Below, in pieces: positions 19,101 through 27,881 of a DNA stretch of 64,000 nucleotides (position 1 is its first letter; every line of letters starts with the position of its first letter). The stretch spans positions 288,001-352,000 of the forward strand of contig CAWEEQ010000004.1 of the NCBI GenBank assembly GCA_963808235.1. Reading direction: 5' to 3'. Source of the DNA: an uncultured delta proteobacterium (GTDB taxonomy: Bacteria > Desulfobacterota > Binatia > Binatales > Binataceae). The position numbers and the translations under genes are program-made. Below the pieces are notes generated by a model. The model saw only the letters and a list, made by a program, of their open reading frames with translations, was not told the origin of the DNA and searched no databases.

Positions 19101-22096
19101 ATCAGGTGTACCCAGCGGCTGCTGTCCTTGTCGATGTAACCCAGGTCGCCGTCGGGCTTGTAGGCAACCAGGTAAGGAGCGGGCGAGACAATCGCGTCCG
19201 CGTCGGTTACTACGGACCGGCCGCCCTCCGGCTCGAATCCTTCGGCTATGAATCGCAGTCGGAAGAGGCCCTTTTCGAACCGCTCGAGCTTGAAATCGAA
19301 TTTGGCATGGCCGTCCGCGTCCGTCGTGACATCGCCGAGGTCTTCGTCGTAGCTCTTCTGGGTGTTGTAAGGATCGACAAACAAGTAGTTGGTGTATTTC
19401 GCGAATTCAGCGCCGGAGGGCGTCAGCTTGAAGGTACCTTTGACCCGACGGCCCGCCGCCGCGGTCCCAAACAGGGTCCGTAACGTCACGGTTGCGTTCA
19501 GCGCGTTGGGCGGAATCCATCCTGCGGAGACTGGTGCGGACAATTCCGCCTTGATCGTCATTCGGTCCGGCTGAAACTCTTCGACTCGCACCGAGGTGGA
19601 ACCGAGCAACGCCCGACCATTGTCATCGCGTACGATGTAGAGCGAGAATTCGTAGGAGCCGGTGGGAGAATCCGGCTCAGTCGAGGTCGAGAAATCCTCC
19701 AAGCCGGTCGATGAGAACTTGATCGTATGACTCCGGATGGCGACGCCACGAGGATCCGTCTCTACCATCTCGAGCGGCAGCCCATCCGGAAGTACCTTCC
19801 AGTCCATCTGCTTCACGACCATTCCTATGTGGATGTCGTCGCCGGGCCGGTAGATGCCCCGATCCGAGAACAGGTAGGCCTGAAGCGAGCCCGTCTCGCC
19901 CTGGGTGTAGAGGCCGCCGGTGTCGAATCGCGACAGGTTCAGTTGCCGATCGTTGCGTTGGTATGGGAGGAAGGAAAAGTCGCCATCGCTCTGGGCGACG
20001 TACACGGTGGGCGTCTTCTCGCGAGTGAAATCCTTGAAGGTCGGGAAGCTGGCGCGTCCGTCAGCGTCGGTCTTGCGCGAGAAAATTGGCAGGCCGTTCT
20101 TTCCCAGCATGTCGATTGCCACGTCGGCTAGCGGCGCGCCGGAATGAATCGACTGCACAAAGACGTCGTGGCTGCCGTCTGCCGAGTCCTTTACGACCAG
20201 CCCCAGGTCGGTAAGCAGGATTAGGCGTTCGTCGGAGGCATATTCCTGGCTTGTCTGTTGCGGCTGCGGAACTGACCGCCGTCGATGCCGCCGATACCCT
20301 TCGCCGGTCGTTTGCCAGGGACGAACCTCTGGTGCTGGCGTGCCGAGCGGTTGCTTATTGACCGGATCCCAAGCCTGAATCTTGAGCCAGAACAGTCCAT
20401 GCGGTAGCGCGCCACTGGATAGCAACGGTGCAAAGTCGAACACGGTGTACTGGTTCTTCCCCGACGTATCGACGGGAAGGAGCCGCACTTCGCTGATCAC
20501 TTCAGATAGGTCATCAAAACCGAAGCCCAAATCTCCGTACTGCCGCCAGAAAGACGGGTCGGAAAAGGTGCCTTGGGTCTGCGAGACTAGATGGCTTACG
20601 GTGCCGGGCAGGAGCCTGCTGACCTCGATCTGAATCGCCGGTACGTTACGGGTCAGAATCGAAATTTTCTTTTCGCCTGAAAGGCTGAGTACCGACCCCT
20701 CGGAAATTATCTTCACCGCCGGTGGAAAAGCCGGTGCCCCAACCACGTCCGAATAGTCTTTAGCCAGCGGGTAGTCGCCGAACGATTTGAGTCCGTGCCG
20801 GACGGTCACCAGGAGGAAACGGCCCGTATCGGCCTTGAACTTGAAGCTCTGCGTCGGCATGAACTCGCGCTCCGTGGGAATCCACTCGATTGAAACCGGC
20901 GTCGCCAGCTTCATGAAGGCGGGAACCACCTCCAGCGCATTGCTCCACCGATAGTCCTTGACCAGCTTTTGATCGCCGATGGCGGGTTTGTCCTTGGGGA
21001 GAAGGAATACCGAAATGTTCTTCGCAAGATCGGACTGCCGCATCGGCGCCGACGCTGTAATGGTTCCGACGCGCTCTATTTCGTCGCGATCGTTGGCCAC
21101 CTCATTGGCGGTTATGCTCTGGATCCGGAAGTAGCTCTCGATACCCGGTATGTTGACCGTACGTTGGAGCGGATACTCGGTTCCCGGGCCGCCTTTCGAA
21201 GATCGCACGCCTTTTGCGATCGATAGCAGCATCTGCCCTTCGTTGTCGGGAATTCCGAATGGCTCTGAGTGGATATAAGCTTTGCCGCCGAACTTGTCGT
21301 AAGTGACCTTGAACCCGAACGACTTTGCCTCGCTGCTATCGAAGCTCTTTACCGGCTGTACCCGCATCCGAAACGAGATGCGCTTCTCGAAATCCGCCTT
21401 GTCGACGGGATGGGTGAAGCGAACGGTCGCGACGACCTGCTTGATCTTGGGGTTGGTCGGATCTTCGTAGAATTCCTCATCCTCGATTGCAGCGCCGAAA
21501 TCCGGAGACCGGAATGAGTAGGTATACTCCTTGAGCAGAACGTGCGAAGGGAACAACCTTCGGTCGAGTTTTATCGTGTAGTCCTGACTGATCGGCCAAG
21601 CATTCTTCGGAATGAAAACCAGAATCGAGTCGCTGGTCCACCTCCATATACCCTGCAGTGGAGGCGTAACTGTGATTCCGGAAGTGACGTTCTTTCCGAT
21701 TGTGCCGAGTTTGGCCGCGGAGCCGGAGAACTGAACGTCGATCGGATCGGGCAGTGTTTTGGAGTCGTCCAGCGGTGTCGGACCCGGCCGGCTGACCGAG
21801 ACTTGTAGGTAGTATGGTTCTGGAAGGTGCTCGTACCATTGCCAGCCCGCGTAGCCGCAGACGATGAAGGCTAAGATTGCGGACGTTTCGAGCCAGAAAC
21901 GGACAGGATTAGCGGCGCGGCGGGTCGCTAGCCAGTCGATAGCTCGACTGCCCCAACTGCGCAGTGTAGCAATGGCGCGCAGCAGCCATGCTGGCGGTGT
22001 CCATTGAACCTGTCCGAATATTGCCCGCAGAACCGGGGCTAAGAACCGTTGGAACGCGCCAGCTATAGTTGCCGCAACTCCAGCGAGAAATTTCAT
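16130..22096 (-). CDS. Bacterial alpha-2-macroglobulin (thioester-containing)
   Basis: 1988 aa; DRGIYRPG, VEEFQPDR, AVDEGIL, thioester motif YPYGCTEQ, DVREDRVVFY. Confidence 0.95.
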   Translation of the reverse strand: MKFLAGVAATIAGAFQRFLAPVLRAIFGQVQWTPPAWLLRAIATLRSWGSRAIDWLATRRAANPVRFWLETSAILAFIVCGYAGWQWYEHLPEPYYLQVSVSRPGPTPLDDSKTLPDPIDVQFSGSAAKLGTIGKNVTSGITVTPPLQGIWRWTSDSILVFIPKNAWPISQDYTIKLDRRLFPSHVLLKEYTYSFRSPDFGAAIEDEEFYEDPTNPKIKQVVATVRFTHPVDKADFEKRISFRMRVQPVKSFDSSEAKSFGFKVTYDKFGGKAYIHSEPFGIPDNEGQMLLSIAKGVRSSKGGPGTEYPLQRTVNIPGIESYFRIQSITANEVANDRDEIERVGTITASAPMRQSDLAKNISVFLLPKDKPAIGDQKLVKDYRWSNALEVVPAFMKLATPVSIEWIPTEREFMPTQSFKFKADTGRFLLVTVRHGLKSFGDYPLAKDYSDVVGAPAFPPAVKIISEGSVLSLSGEKKISILTRNVPAIQIEVSRLLPGTVSHLVSQTQGTFSDPSFWRQYGDLGFGFDDLSEVISEVRLLPVDTSGKNQYTVFDFAPLLSSGALPHGLFWLKIQAWDPVNKQPLGTPAPEVRPWQTTGEGYRRHRRRSVPQPQQTSQEYASDERLILLTDLGLVVKDSADGSHDVFVQSIHSGAPLADVAIDMLGKNGLPIFSRKTDADGRASFPTFKDFTREKTPTVYVAQSDGDFSFLPYQRNDRQLNLSRFDTGGLYTQGETGSLQAYLFSDRGIYRPGDDIHIGMVVKQMDWKVLPDGLPLEMVETDPRGVAIRSHTIKFSSTGLEDFSTSTEPDSPTGSYEFSLYIVRDDNGRALLGSTSVRVEEFQPDRMTIKAELSAPVSAGWIPPNALNATVTLRTLFGTAAAGRRVKGTFKLTPSGAEFAKYTNYLFVDPYNTQKSYDEDLGDVTTDADGHAKFDFKLERFEKGLFRLRFIAEGFEPEGGRSVVTDADAIVSPAPYLVAYKPDGDLGYIDKDSSRWVHLIAVGPKLDKVAIDGLTTELLEFRYVSVLTKQENGTLAYQSVRKEISKEKKPLAIPTTGLATNLPTAQAGSFALVIRNSAGDELNRISFEVVGHANVARSLEREAELKIKLNKPEYAPGEEAELEIQAPYVGAGLITVERDHIYNAQWFKTTTTESVQKIKIPQELEGNGYITVTFLRSLDSKEIYTSPLSYGSASFTLSRKRHLQGVTITAPKLVRPGDTLNIGYQTDGPARLVLIAVDEGILQVARYHTPDPLSYMLRKRALEVTTEQILDLVLPELHLLNENSATGGDEEGLMARSHNPFKRKGQKPVAFWSGIIDSGVNPGHVAVPIPDYFNGTVRVMAIAVSDGAIGVAESKVISEGYFVIQPQAPYFATPRDEFEVTALVANNTGSSANNSKVKVKLDTTPALEVVGDKSIETPITSGTDHTLRFLVRVGAKPVLGDASLMIGVSGAGKHASYTLDMSIRPASPYVTTITSGYVKKSLLRSVKADLPLRRKMYPEMRTIEVSASSFPLGLAYGLLHYLEKYPYGCTEQLVSQAFPAVVLGSRPELGISSDKSAKSIAHAIATLEARQNADGAFGLWSAGGEVVPFVSVYATHFLLEARDHGFEVPQPLLASALNSLRATIASPGSDIETYRAEAYALYLLARSGVVVSEQANALRAAMDQNDANAGHSDLTALFLASTYQLLKMDREADEIIRRAPAMAPADSQFDAYCDSLVYSATYLYIASKYFPDRARKIGPDQILAIADAIKDNRQNTISSAYALLALDAYAQTAGTRSQSPVTLTAKMPDQKSRALDTQNVQFAHAEVPADATSVHVEGDTDFALFYQLTEAGFDLAPPITEIKNRIEVFREFDNEKGEPVTSSPIESKVDVKMSLRAIDSPISNVAIVDMIPAGFEIDISPEGLGNRASGPTAATTWRPDFVDVREDRVVFYGTVGTDAQTFSYRLKPTNRGTFTVPPLYAEGMYDRTVQARSLGGRFTIGDAPASTAP

Positions 22097-22308
22097 CGTC
22101 GTGAGCTATTAGACGAAAGCACCTCTCATTTAGTTACAAGACGATATGCATAGGTCTGCGCGGTCCTATCCCTGTTAACTATTTGACTTGGCGCTGAGTC
22201 CAGCGGCCGGTGCCTTAGACGGATCGTAGGCGCTGATTGTGGCTCGGGAGTCGTACTAGCTTGGCGAGTTCACGAGAGTCACGAAGCGGATCTGCGGCAG
22301 GCTGTAAG

Positions 22309-22353
22309 TGGCGCACCGGAGGCGGTAGGGCGGAGCCCCCCTCCGATGCGCCA
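22309..22353 (-). terminator. GC-rich hairpin downstream of the secreted-protein gene
   Basis: TGGCGCACCGGAGG...CCTCCGATGCGCCA inverted repeat; there is no strong U-tract. Confidence 0.4.
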
Positions 22354-22368
22354 TGAAACGCAGCTAGC

Positions 22369-22833
22369 TTAATTGCAGGTGAGCACGACGTTGTCGAAGC
22401 TTACAGTGGTGGTGCCATCCGGATTTATCGTTACGTGGATGTCCTCGGTGCCATTGAAGTTGTCGTTGGGTCCCCCGCAATGGATGCGGATCGACGTGTG
22501 CATCGTTTCCGTGAGTGGGAGGGACGAGGTCGTGGTCTCGATGTTTTGAGAGATGCTTGCCTGCCCTGTACAGGTGCCCGCCGTCGCGTCCTCCAGCTTA
22601 AAGTCGCTTACAACATCGTTGAGTTGAAAGTGCACCCGGTCGTTGTTGGTCGTCTCGTGCGACACAACATGGTTGTTGCCCGAGTCCGTATCCGTGTTGC
22701 CGGTGCAGGGATTTGCCGTCGTGCCGGTGAAAGGAACGTTCTGCTCGTTCGTGAGCGTCACAGCGCGCGCTGTGTTGGCCATCGCGAATGCGAACACCGC
22801 GACGACGCCAAGAACTAGAATAATACGATTCAT
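22369..22833 (-). CDS. Hypothetical secreted beta-rich protein
   Basis: GGAGG RBS before ATG 22833, signal peptide MNRIILVLGVVAVFAFAMANTARA, Thr/Asn-rich body with 4 Cys. Confidence 0.75.
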   Translation of the reverse strand: MNRIILVLGVVAVFAFAMANTARAVTLTNEQNVPFTGTTANPCTGNTDTDSGNNHVVSHETTNNDRVHFQLNDVVSDFKLEDATAGTCTGQASISQNIETTTSSLPLTETMHTSIRIHCGGPNDNFNGTEDIHVTINPDGTTTVSFDNVVLTCN

Positions 22834-23199
22834 CTCTTTACCTCCGAGAGATCGAGTAGTATTGAAAGACTTTCCGCCCTCTAAGCCTTTCTTTGCTTTG
22901 ATTCCGTATTTTCTACGCCGTATTTGATGCAATGTCAAGCGAACGCGTGTTAAGTGATTATTATTCATGTTTTGACGATGCAAGTCTCGCTATATGCCAC
23001 AAAGTAGGAATTTCAGCCCGTCTGATATCAACAAGAAGCAGATGATGCCGACTGACGTGCTCGCCGAGGCCCCCCAACCGTCGCCGCTGCGTCCAATGCT
23101 TCGCGATCTTGGAGGGAGCACTTGTCGCGACGCACAGCGTCTTGAATGCACCACGTGGAGAAAGGTAAATTGCCCTCATGCCCATGATGGTGATCTTCC

Positions 23200-23865
23200 G
23201 TGTCCGCCCATCTGCGGGCACCGCGGGACGAGCGACGACGCCGTCTCGGTCAGAATTTCCTTCGTCCGGAATTCGCTGATCGTATCGTCGCTGAAGCCGA
23301 CTTTCGCCCTGGTGATCTCGTCGTCGAGTTCGGCGCTGGTCTCGGCGCGATAACTATCGCTCTTGCGAAGCGCCAAGTCGACGTGGTCGCCATCGAAATC
23401 GACCCAGTGTGGGTTGCGCGACTCCGCGACCGTGTCGGCGGGGCGTTTCAGGATAAGGTGCGAGTCGTGGAAGGGGATTTTCTATCCTTGCGCCTGCCCA
23501 CTGAGCCGTTTCGCGTGGTCGGCTCGATTCCGTTCGGATATACGACGGAGGTCCTCCGTCGGCTGTTGGACGATCCGCGCGTGACCCTCGAACGGGCCGA
23601 TCTCATCGTCCAATGGGCGGTGGCACGGAAGCGCGTTGCGTTACCCCCTTCCACACGCCTCTCCACAACGTGGATCCCCTGGTGGGAATTCCGCCTTGGT
23701 CGGCACGTACCGGCTTCGGCCTTCCGACCTGTTCCGCGTGTAGATTCGGGAGTCCTTATCATTACACCCCGTAAGCCCCCGATACTCCCACCCTCGATGG
23801 CCCGGTCGTATAGTGAATTCGTCCGGACTCGTTGGCCGTTTGATCCATCGGTCTCCGGGCGATAA
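23200..23865 (+). CDS. erm: Erm-like 23S rRNA adenine-N6 methyltransferase
   Basis: LGQNFL, EFGAGLG (SAM motif I), EID, GDFL, GSIPF, FRPVPRVDSG, IVQWAVARKR and WIPWWEF segments resemble actinobacterial Erm more than KsgA. GGTGATC is a candidate SD before the GTG. Confidence 0.8.
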   Translation: MSAHLRAPRDERRRRLGQNFLRPEFADRIVAEADFRPGDLVVEFGAGLGAITIALAKRQVDVVAIEIDPVWVARLRDRVGGAFQDKVRVVEGDFLSLRLPTEPFRVVGSIPFGYTTEVLRRLLDDPRVTLERADLIVQWAVARKRVALPPSTRLSTTWIPWWEFRLGRHVPASAFRPVPRVDSGVLIITPRKPPILPPSMARSYSEFVRTRWPFDPSVSGR

Positions 23866-23984
23866 GCCGCCGCCCAACCGGCGCTTGCAGCGGCGGCAAC
23901 ACACCGCGAAGATGCCGGCGAACGGAGATCATGAAGCTCAGCTGTGACGAGCCTGGATGAGCAGACGCCCGAGGGTCTGCCGGC

Positions 23985-24908
23985 TCATTTCGTTGATCGC
24001 GGGTCCGCACCCAGCGTCGATTGCTCTCGAGATTCGAAAGGATCGGAGATGCTTTCCCAGACTCGATCTCGATCGCGAATGGCGTCCTCGATCGACTTGC
24101 GGCGGCGCTGGAGATAGCCATTCCGCACCGCGGCGTACAGGTCAAGTGAAGTGTCCTCGACGTCGTCATATAGTTTCATGTTGTCTGCGCGTTCGTTAAT
24201 CCTGCTCGCGGCGGCGCGCCCAAAGTCGGCGCCGATCGGAGTGACGAACCACGAGAGCGGGTCCATGAATGAGTCAGCGGCGAATCCGAACGCGTCGCGC
24301 ACGGTCAGCGGCGGCAACAACGGCAATACGAGGTAAGGTCCGGGCTTCGCGCCATATACCGCAAAGGTCTGTCCGCTGTCGGCGTCACTCTTGTCGAGAC
24401 CCAGGCGCGAGGCGACGTCGAAGAGTCCGGCGATGCCGGCTGTAGTGTTGAGCACAAAGCGTGTGAGCTCAATGCCTGCTCCGGGCAGCCTGCCTTGCAG
24501 GACCTTGTTCACGAACCGCTTCGGCATCGCCAGGTTGTAGAATGCGTTCGCGAGACTCTCCCGCACCTTCTGCGGCAGCGCTTTTGACCAAACCTCGGCG
24601 GCCGGCTTTATCGCGTAATGGTCGGCTAGATTGAAGTTGAAGTAGAACGTCTTGTCGTTGAACGATTCCCACGGATCGTAATCGATCCCCAGACTGGTGG
24701 ATGGCAAGTCGGAAGCAAGGGCCTCCCGGTCTTGCGCATCGCCCGCTTGCGACGCGCCGCGTTGCCCGGAACATCCGACCAAACTGATGCTGAGGAGTAG
24801 AATCGCCAATCCTGACAACAGGACCGCACGCGCTGTAGGAGCGTGCGGTATTGCTCTTCCGTGTCTAGCCACGGGCTGGAAAGTGTCATGCAAAGTTTGA
24901 AACTCCAT
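23985..24908 (-). CDS. MlaA/VacJ family lipoprotein
   Basis: Lipobox LVGC; DPWESFN, RFVLNTTAGIAGLFDVA, DSGQTF...GPYLVLP...VRD, YAAVRNGYLQRR. Confidence 0.92.
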   Translation of the reverse strand: MEFQTLHDTFQPVARHGRAIPHAPTARAVLLSGLAILLLSISLVGCSGQRGASQAGDAQDREALASDLPSTSLGIDYDPWESFNDKTFYFNFNLADHYAIKPAAEVWSKALPQKVRESLANAFYNLAMPKRFVNKVLQGRLPGAGIELTRFVLNTTAGIAGLFDVASRLGLDKSDADSGQTFAVYGAKPGPYLVLPLLPPLTVRDAFGFAADSFMDPLSWFVTPIGADFGRAAASRINERADNMKLYDDVEDTSLDLYAAVRNGYLQRRRKSIEDAIRDRDRVWESISDPFESREQSTLGADPRSTK

Positions 24909-26014
24909 CACGAATGAGCTTCGCCTCCATAGCGGAAGAGTCGCAATGCGATCAGGAAGGATACGAGACCGTAGGTTGTAAGAACCAACAGCTCGGTTGA
25001 AACTGCGATGAGACTTTTGTCGCGAAGCATCACATCTTGGATCGCGGACATCGACCATGTGGTGATGAGCGCACTCGCGACGTGTTGCATCGATCTCGGC
25101 AGATCGTACAAAGGCCAGAACAGCCCGCCGAGTGAGGCCAGGACGAATGCCACCGCCAGACCGACCGGGATCGCCTGCTCACGCGTGCGCACGAAGGCGG
25201 CGACGACCGCGGCGAAGCAAGTCATCGAGGCGACCACCGCCGCTGCAACCAGGATCATCGCGACCGGCGAATGCCCGAGTCTGAGTCCATAAACGAAATG
25301 ACCGAACACCAGGAGCAGGAGCAGTTGCGCCGTGCCGACCACGAGGCGTGCCAGCAGCTTCCCGCCCAGCAGAGACGCCGGCGGCACCGGCGCAACTGAG
25401 AGCCGCGCGCTGGTGCCCCACACTTCCTCCTCGCGCAGCGCGAGCGACACGCTGAAGATTAGAGTGAGCAGGACGAACATCAGGCTGAAACCCGGGATGT
25501 TCTGCTCGAGCGACGAGAAGGAGACGTTGTCGCCGGTGATGTTATGCTCCTTCACGCTCAGCAGTTCCTGGCTGAACGGATCGCCGAGCGACGCGGTCTC
25601 GCGATCCGCAAGCAGCATCACCACTTTGATCGCCTCGAGCTCCCGCCACTGCGCGGGATCGGTGAGCATTTCCACGATGGTGGGCTTCTGCGCGAGGTAA
25701 CGCTTGCTCAATTCAGGCGGCAGGACGAGTGCAGCAGGAGCGTCGTTGGCCTCGGCGACCAGATGCTGCGCCGTGGCGCGGGAAACTTCGCGCACGTCAA
25801 GATGCTCGCGAAAGGCGCGGATGAGCGCGGTCGCGACAGGCCCCTGATCCTCGTTGACTACGGGGAACAGGATGCTCTTGCTGCCATCGCCGGATTGAGT
25901 GGCGGAAGCGACCACCACGATTACCACGATTGGAACGATCAGCAGCGCGATGAGGCCGTAGCGGTCGCGGCAGATGAGCCGGAGATCTTTGAGCATCACG
26001 GCAGCTGTCTTCAC
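24908..26014 (-). CDS. ABC-2 type transporter permease with periplasmic loop
   Basis: KDLRLICRD, TM1, large loop beginning VVNEDQG, then PGFSLMF, LREEEVWGT, LLGGKLL, LGGLFWP. GTGA overlap at 26011-26014. Confidence 0.9.
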   Translation of the reverse strand: MKTAAVMLKDLRLICRDRYGLIALLIVPIVVIVVVASATQSGDGSKSILFPVVNEDQGPVATALIRAFREHLDVREVSRATAQHLVAEANDAPAALVLPPELSKRYLAQKPTIVEMLTDPAQWRELEAIKVVMLLADRETASLGDPFSQELLSVKEHNITGDNVSFSSLEQNIPGFSLMFVLLTLIFSVSLALREEEVWGTSARLSVAPVPPASLLGGKLLARLVVGTAQLLLLLVFGHFVYGLRLGHSPVAMILVAAAVVASMTCFAAVVAAFVRTREQAIPVGLAVAFVLASLGGLFWPLYDLPRSMQHVASALITTWSMSAIQDVMLRDKSLIAVSTELLVLTTYGLVSFLIALRLFRYGGEAHS

Positions 26015-26598
26015 GACTGTGCCTCTCCACTGGCGTTGCCGTATTTTCGCCGCATCAGGGTGAGCACGTCGTCGATGCTCATCCGGGAAAGGAGATCGTT
26101 CAGCTGGCTGCCCAGGTTCGCGGTCAGACTCACGTCTTCGACCGTGATCGCAGTCGCCATCCAGGTGTCGCCCGCGGGCTTCAGCCGATAGGTAACGTCG
26201 AACTGATCGCGTGGCGTGACGATTTTGGTGTCGACGACTGCGCCCGCGCCGGTGGATTGCTCGCCCGCATAAACGAAGTTTGGATTCTCGAACAGCAAAA
26301 GTTTTTGCACATAGGTCCGCTGGAGAAGTTCGCGGAACAGGCCGAGGAACTCCTTCTGCTGCTCGGGCGTGAAGCTTGACCAATGCGGCCCGAGCGCCTC
26401 TCGACCCATCGCGTCGGTGTCGAGAAATTTGCTGAACAGGGTGGAAAGGGCGGCCAGCTTTTCATTGTGAGTCTGACTGCTCGCGACGATTGTGCGCGCC
26501 TGCTCTAAAGTCGCGCGCGTGTAATCAAGCGGGCTCGCAGCCTGAGCCGGAGCGACCACGAGGAGCCAGACCGTCAGCACGATGGATAGAATGCGCAT
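26011..26598 (-). CDS. MlaC/Ttg2D/HpnM family periplasmic lipid-binding protein
   Basis: Signal peptide; ALGPHWSSFTPEQQKEF...LLQRTY; VTYRL; W...VEDVSL. Confidence 0.85.
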   Translation of the reverse strand: MRILSIVLTVWLLVVAPAQAASPLDYTRATLEQARTIVASSQTHNEKLAALSTLFSKFLDTDAMGREALGPHWSSFTPEQQKEFLGLFRELLQRTYVQKLLLFENPNFVYAGEQSTGAGAVVDTKIVTPRDQFDVTYRLKPAGDTWMATAITVEDVSLTANLGSQLNDLLSRMSIDDVLTLMRRKYGNASGEAQS

Positions 26599-27623
26599 CA
26601 ATCGCGAAGCTCCATTCCGGTCAGATGGAGAAAGAGATTTTCGAGGCTTAGCGGCGCAATCTTGAGCCGCACATTTTTATCGGAACGACTGATGATCTTC
26701 TGAAGCGGCCAGAGGAAATCAGCGGCGCGTTTTACGTAGAGCCGAACGACTCCGTCGCCGCGCTCGATGCGGCTGACTCCTCGCAGCGCCTGCATCCCGC
26801 CAAGATCGATCCCCGCCGGCAGCCCGCGCACCTCGATGATCTCCGCGAACTCGAGACCGCTCAGCAGCTCGTCGAGAGTGCCCACCGCCACGAGCTTCCC
26901 CTCGCTCAGGATTCCCAGGCGGTCGCACAGTCTTTCCGCCTCTTCCATGTAGTGCGTGGTGTAGAGGATAGCGTTGCCGTCATCGCGCAGGCCGCCAATG
27001 ATTTTCAGGATTTGCTCGCGCGATTGCGGGTCGACGCCCGCAGTCGGCTCATCGAGCAGGATGAGTTTCGGCCGATGTACGAGTGAAACAGCAAGATTCA
27101 GACGGCGCTTCATGCCGCCGGAGAATATGCCGACCTGATTGTTGCGATGCGCTTCCAAGCCCACCATCGCCAGCAACTCGTCGATGCGCTCGCGTAGCTC
27201 GGGCTGCTTCACTCCATAAATGTTCCCGAAAAATTGCAGGTTCTCCGCCGCGGTAAGCGCTGGGTAAAGCGATACTTCCTGCGGCGCGAGACCGATCATT
27301 TGGCGAACTGCATAGGGCTCCTTGCGCGCACTATGGCCGAACAGCGTCGCGTCTCCGCCGGAGGGTTGCCGCTGCGTCGCGAGCATCGCAATCGTCGTGG
27401 TCTTGCCCGCTCCGTTTGGACCCAGCAGACCGAAAATCTCTCCTTCGTGGATCTCGAAATCCAATCCGCTGACAGCGGCGGTCGTGCCGTAACGCTTGGT
27501 CAGGCCGGCGACGCGCAACGCGACCTTTTTGTCCGTTGGTTCAGGCTGGAAAAACGGAGCAGCATCGGGATTTATTCTGCGCAAATTGTTGCGCAATGCA
27601 GCGTTCGCTGGATTGATTCGCAT
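26598..27623 (-). CDS. ABC-2 type (multidrug/DrrA-like) ATP-binding protein
   Basis: GPNGAGKTT, FSGGMKRRL, LLDEPTAGVDP, YTTHYMEEAE, C-terminal LENLFLHLTG. Start is uncertain. Confidence 0.93.
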   Translation of the reverse strand: MRINPANAALRNNLRRINPDAAPFFQPEPTDKKVALRVAGLTKRYGTTAAVSGLDFEIHEGEIFGLLGPNGAGKTTTIAMLATQRQPSGGDATLFGHSARKEPYAVRQMIGLAPQEVSLYPALTAAENLQFFGNIYGVKQPELRERIDELLAMVGLEAHRNNQVGIFSGGMKRRLNLAVSLVHRPKLILLDEPTAGVDPQSREQILKIIGGLRDDGNAILYTTHYMEEAERLCDRLGILSEGKLVAVGTLDELLSGLEFAEIIEVRGLPAGIDLGGMQALRGVSRIERGDGVVRLYVKRAADFLWPLQKIISRSDKNVRLKIAPLSLENLFLHLTGMELRD

Positions 27624-27881
27624 TTTGTTTGCCGGCTCGCAAAGATTGCGGCTTCGCCCACGGTTGTTTCGGAGGCGTGAATTGTCGTCGCACAATCCTG
27701 TGCGACCGAAATCGCTCTCGCGTTTCGTGCTCCATATCGAAGACTATTGGTGCTTCGGCTAAACCATGGCTCGGTTTCGATAGCTACCGCTCGTTATGCG
27801 GCTGCTCAGTCCTCGCACCGAGGCAATCGAATTATTGCAAATCCGTAGGTTCTGCAGATTCAGATCGGCATACTGACTTTC

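Noticed and set aside
13776-22096. Alpha-2-macroglobulin + pbpC as a novel defence system
   Set aside because: This is a well-described conserved pair (yfhM-pbpC type).
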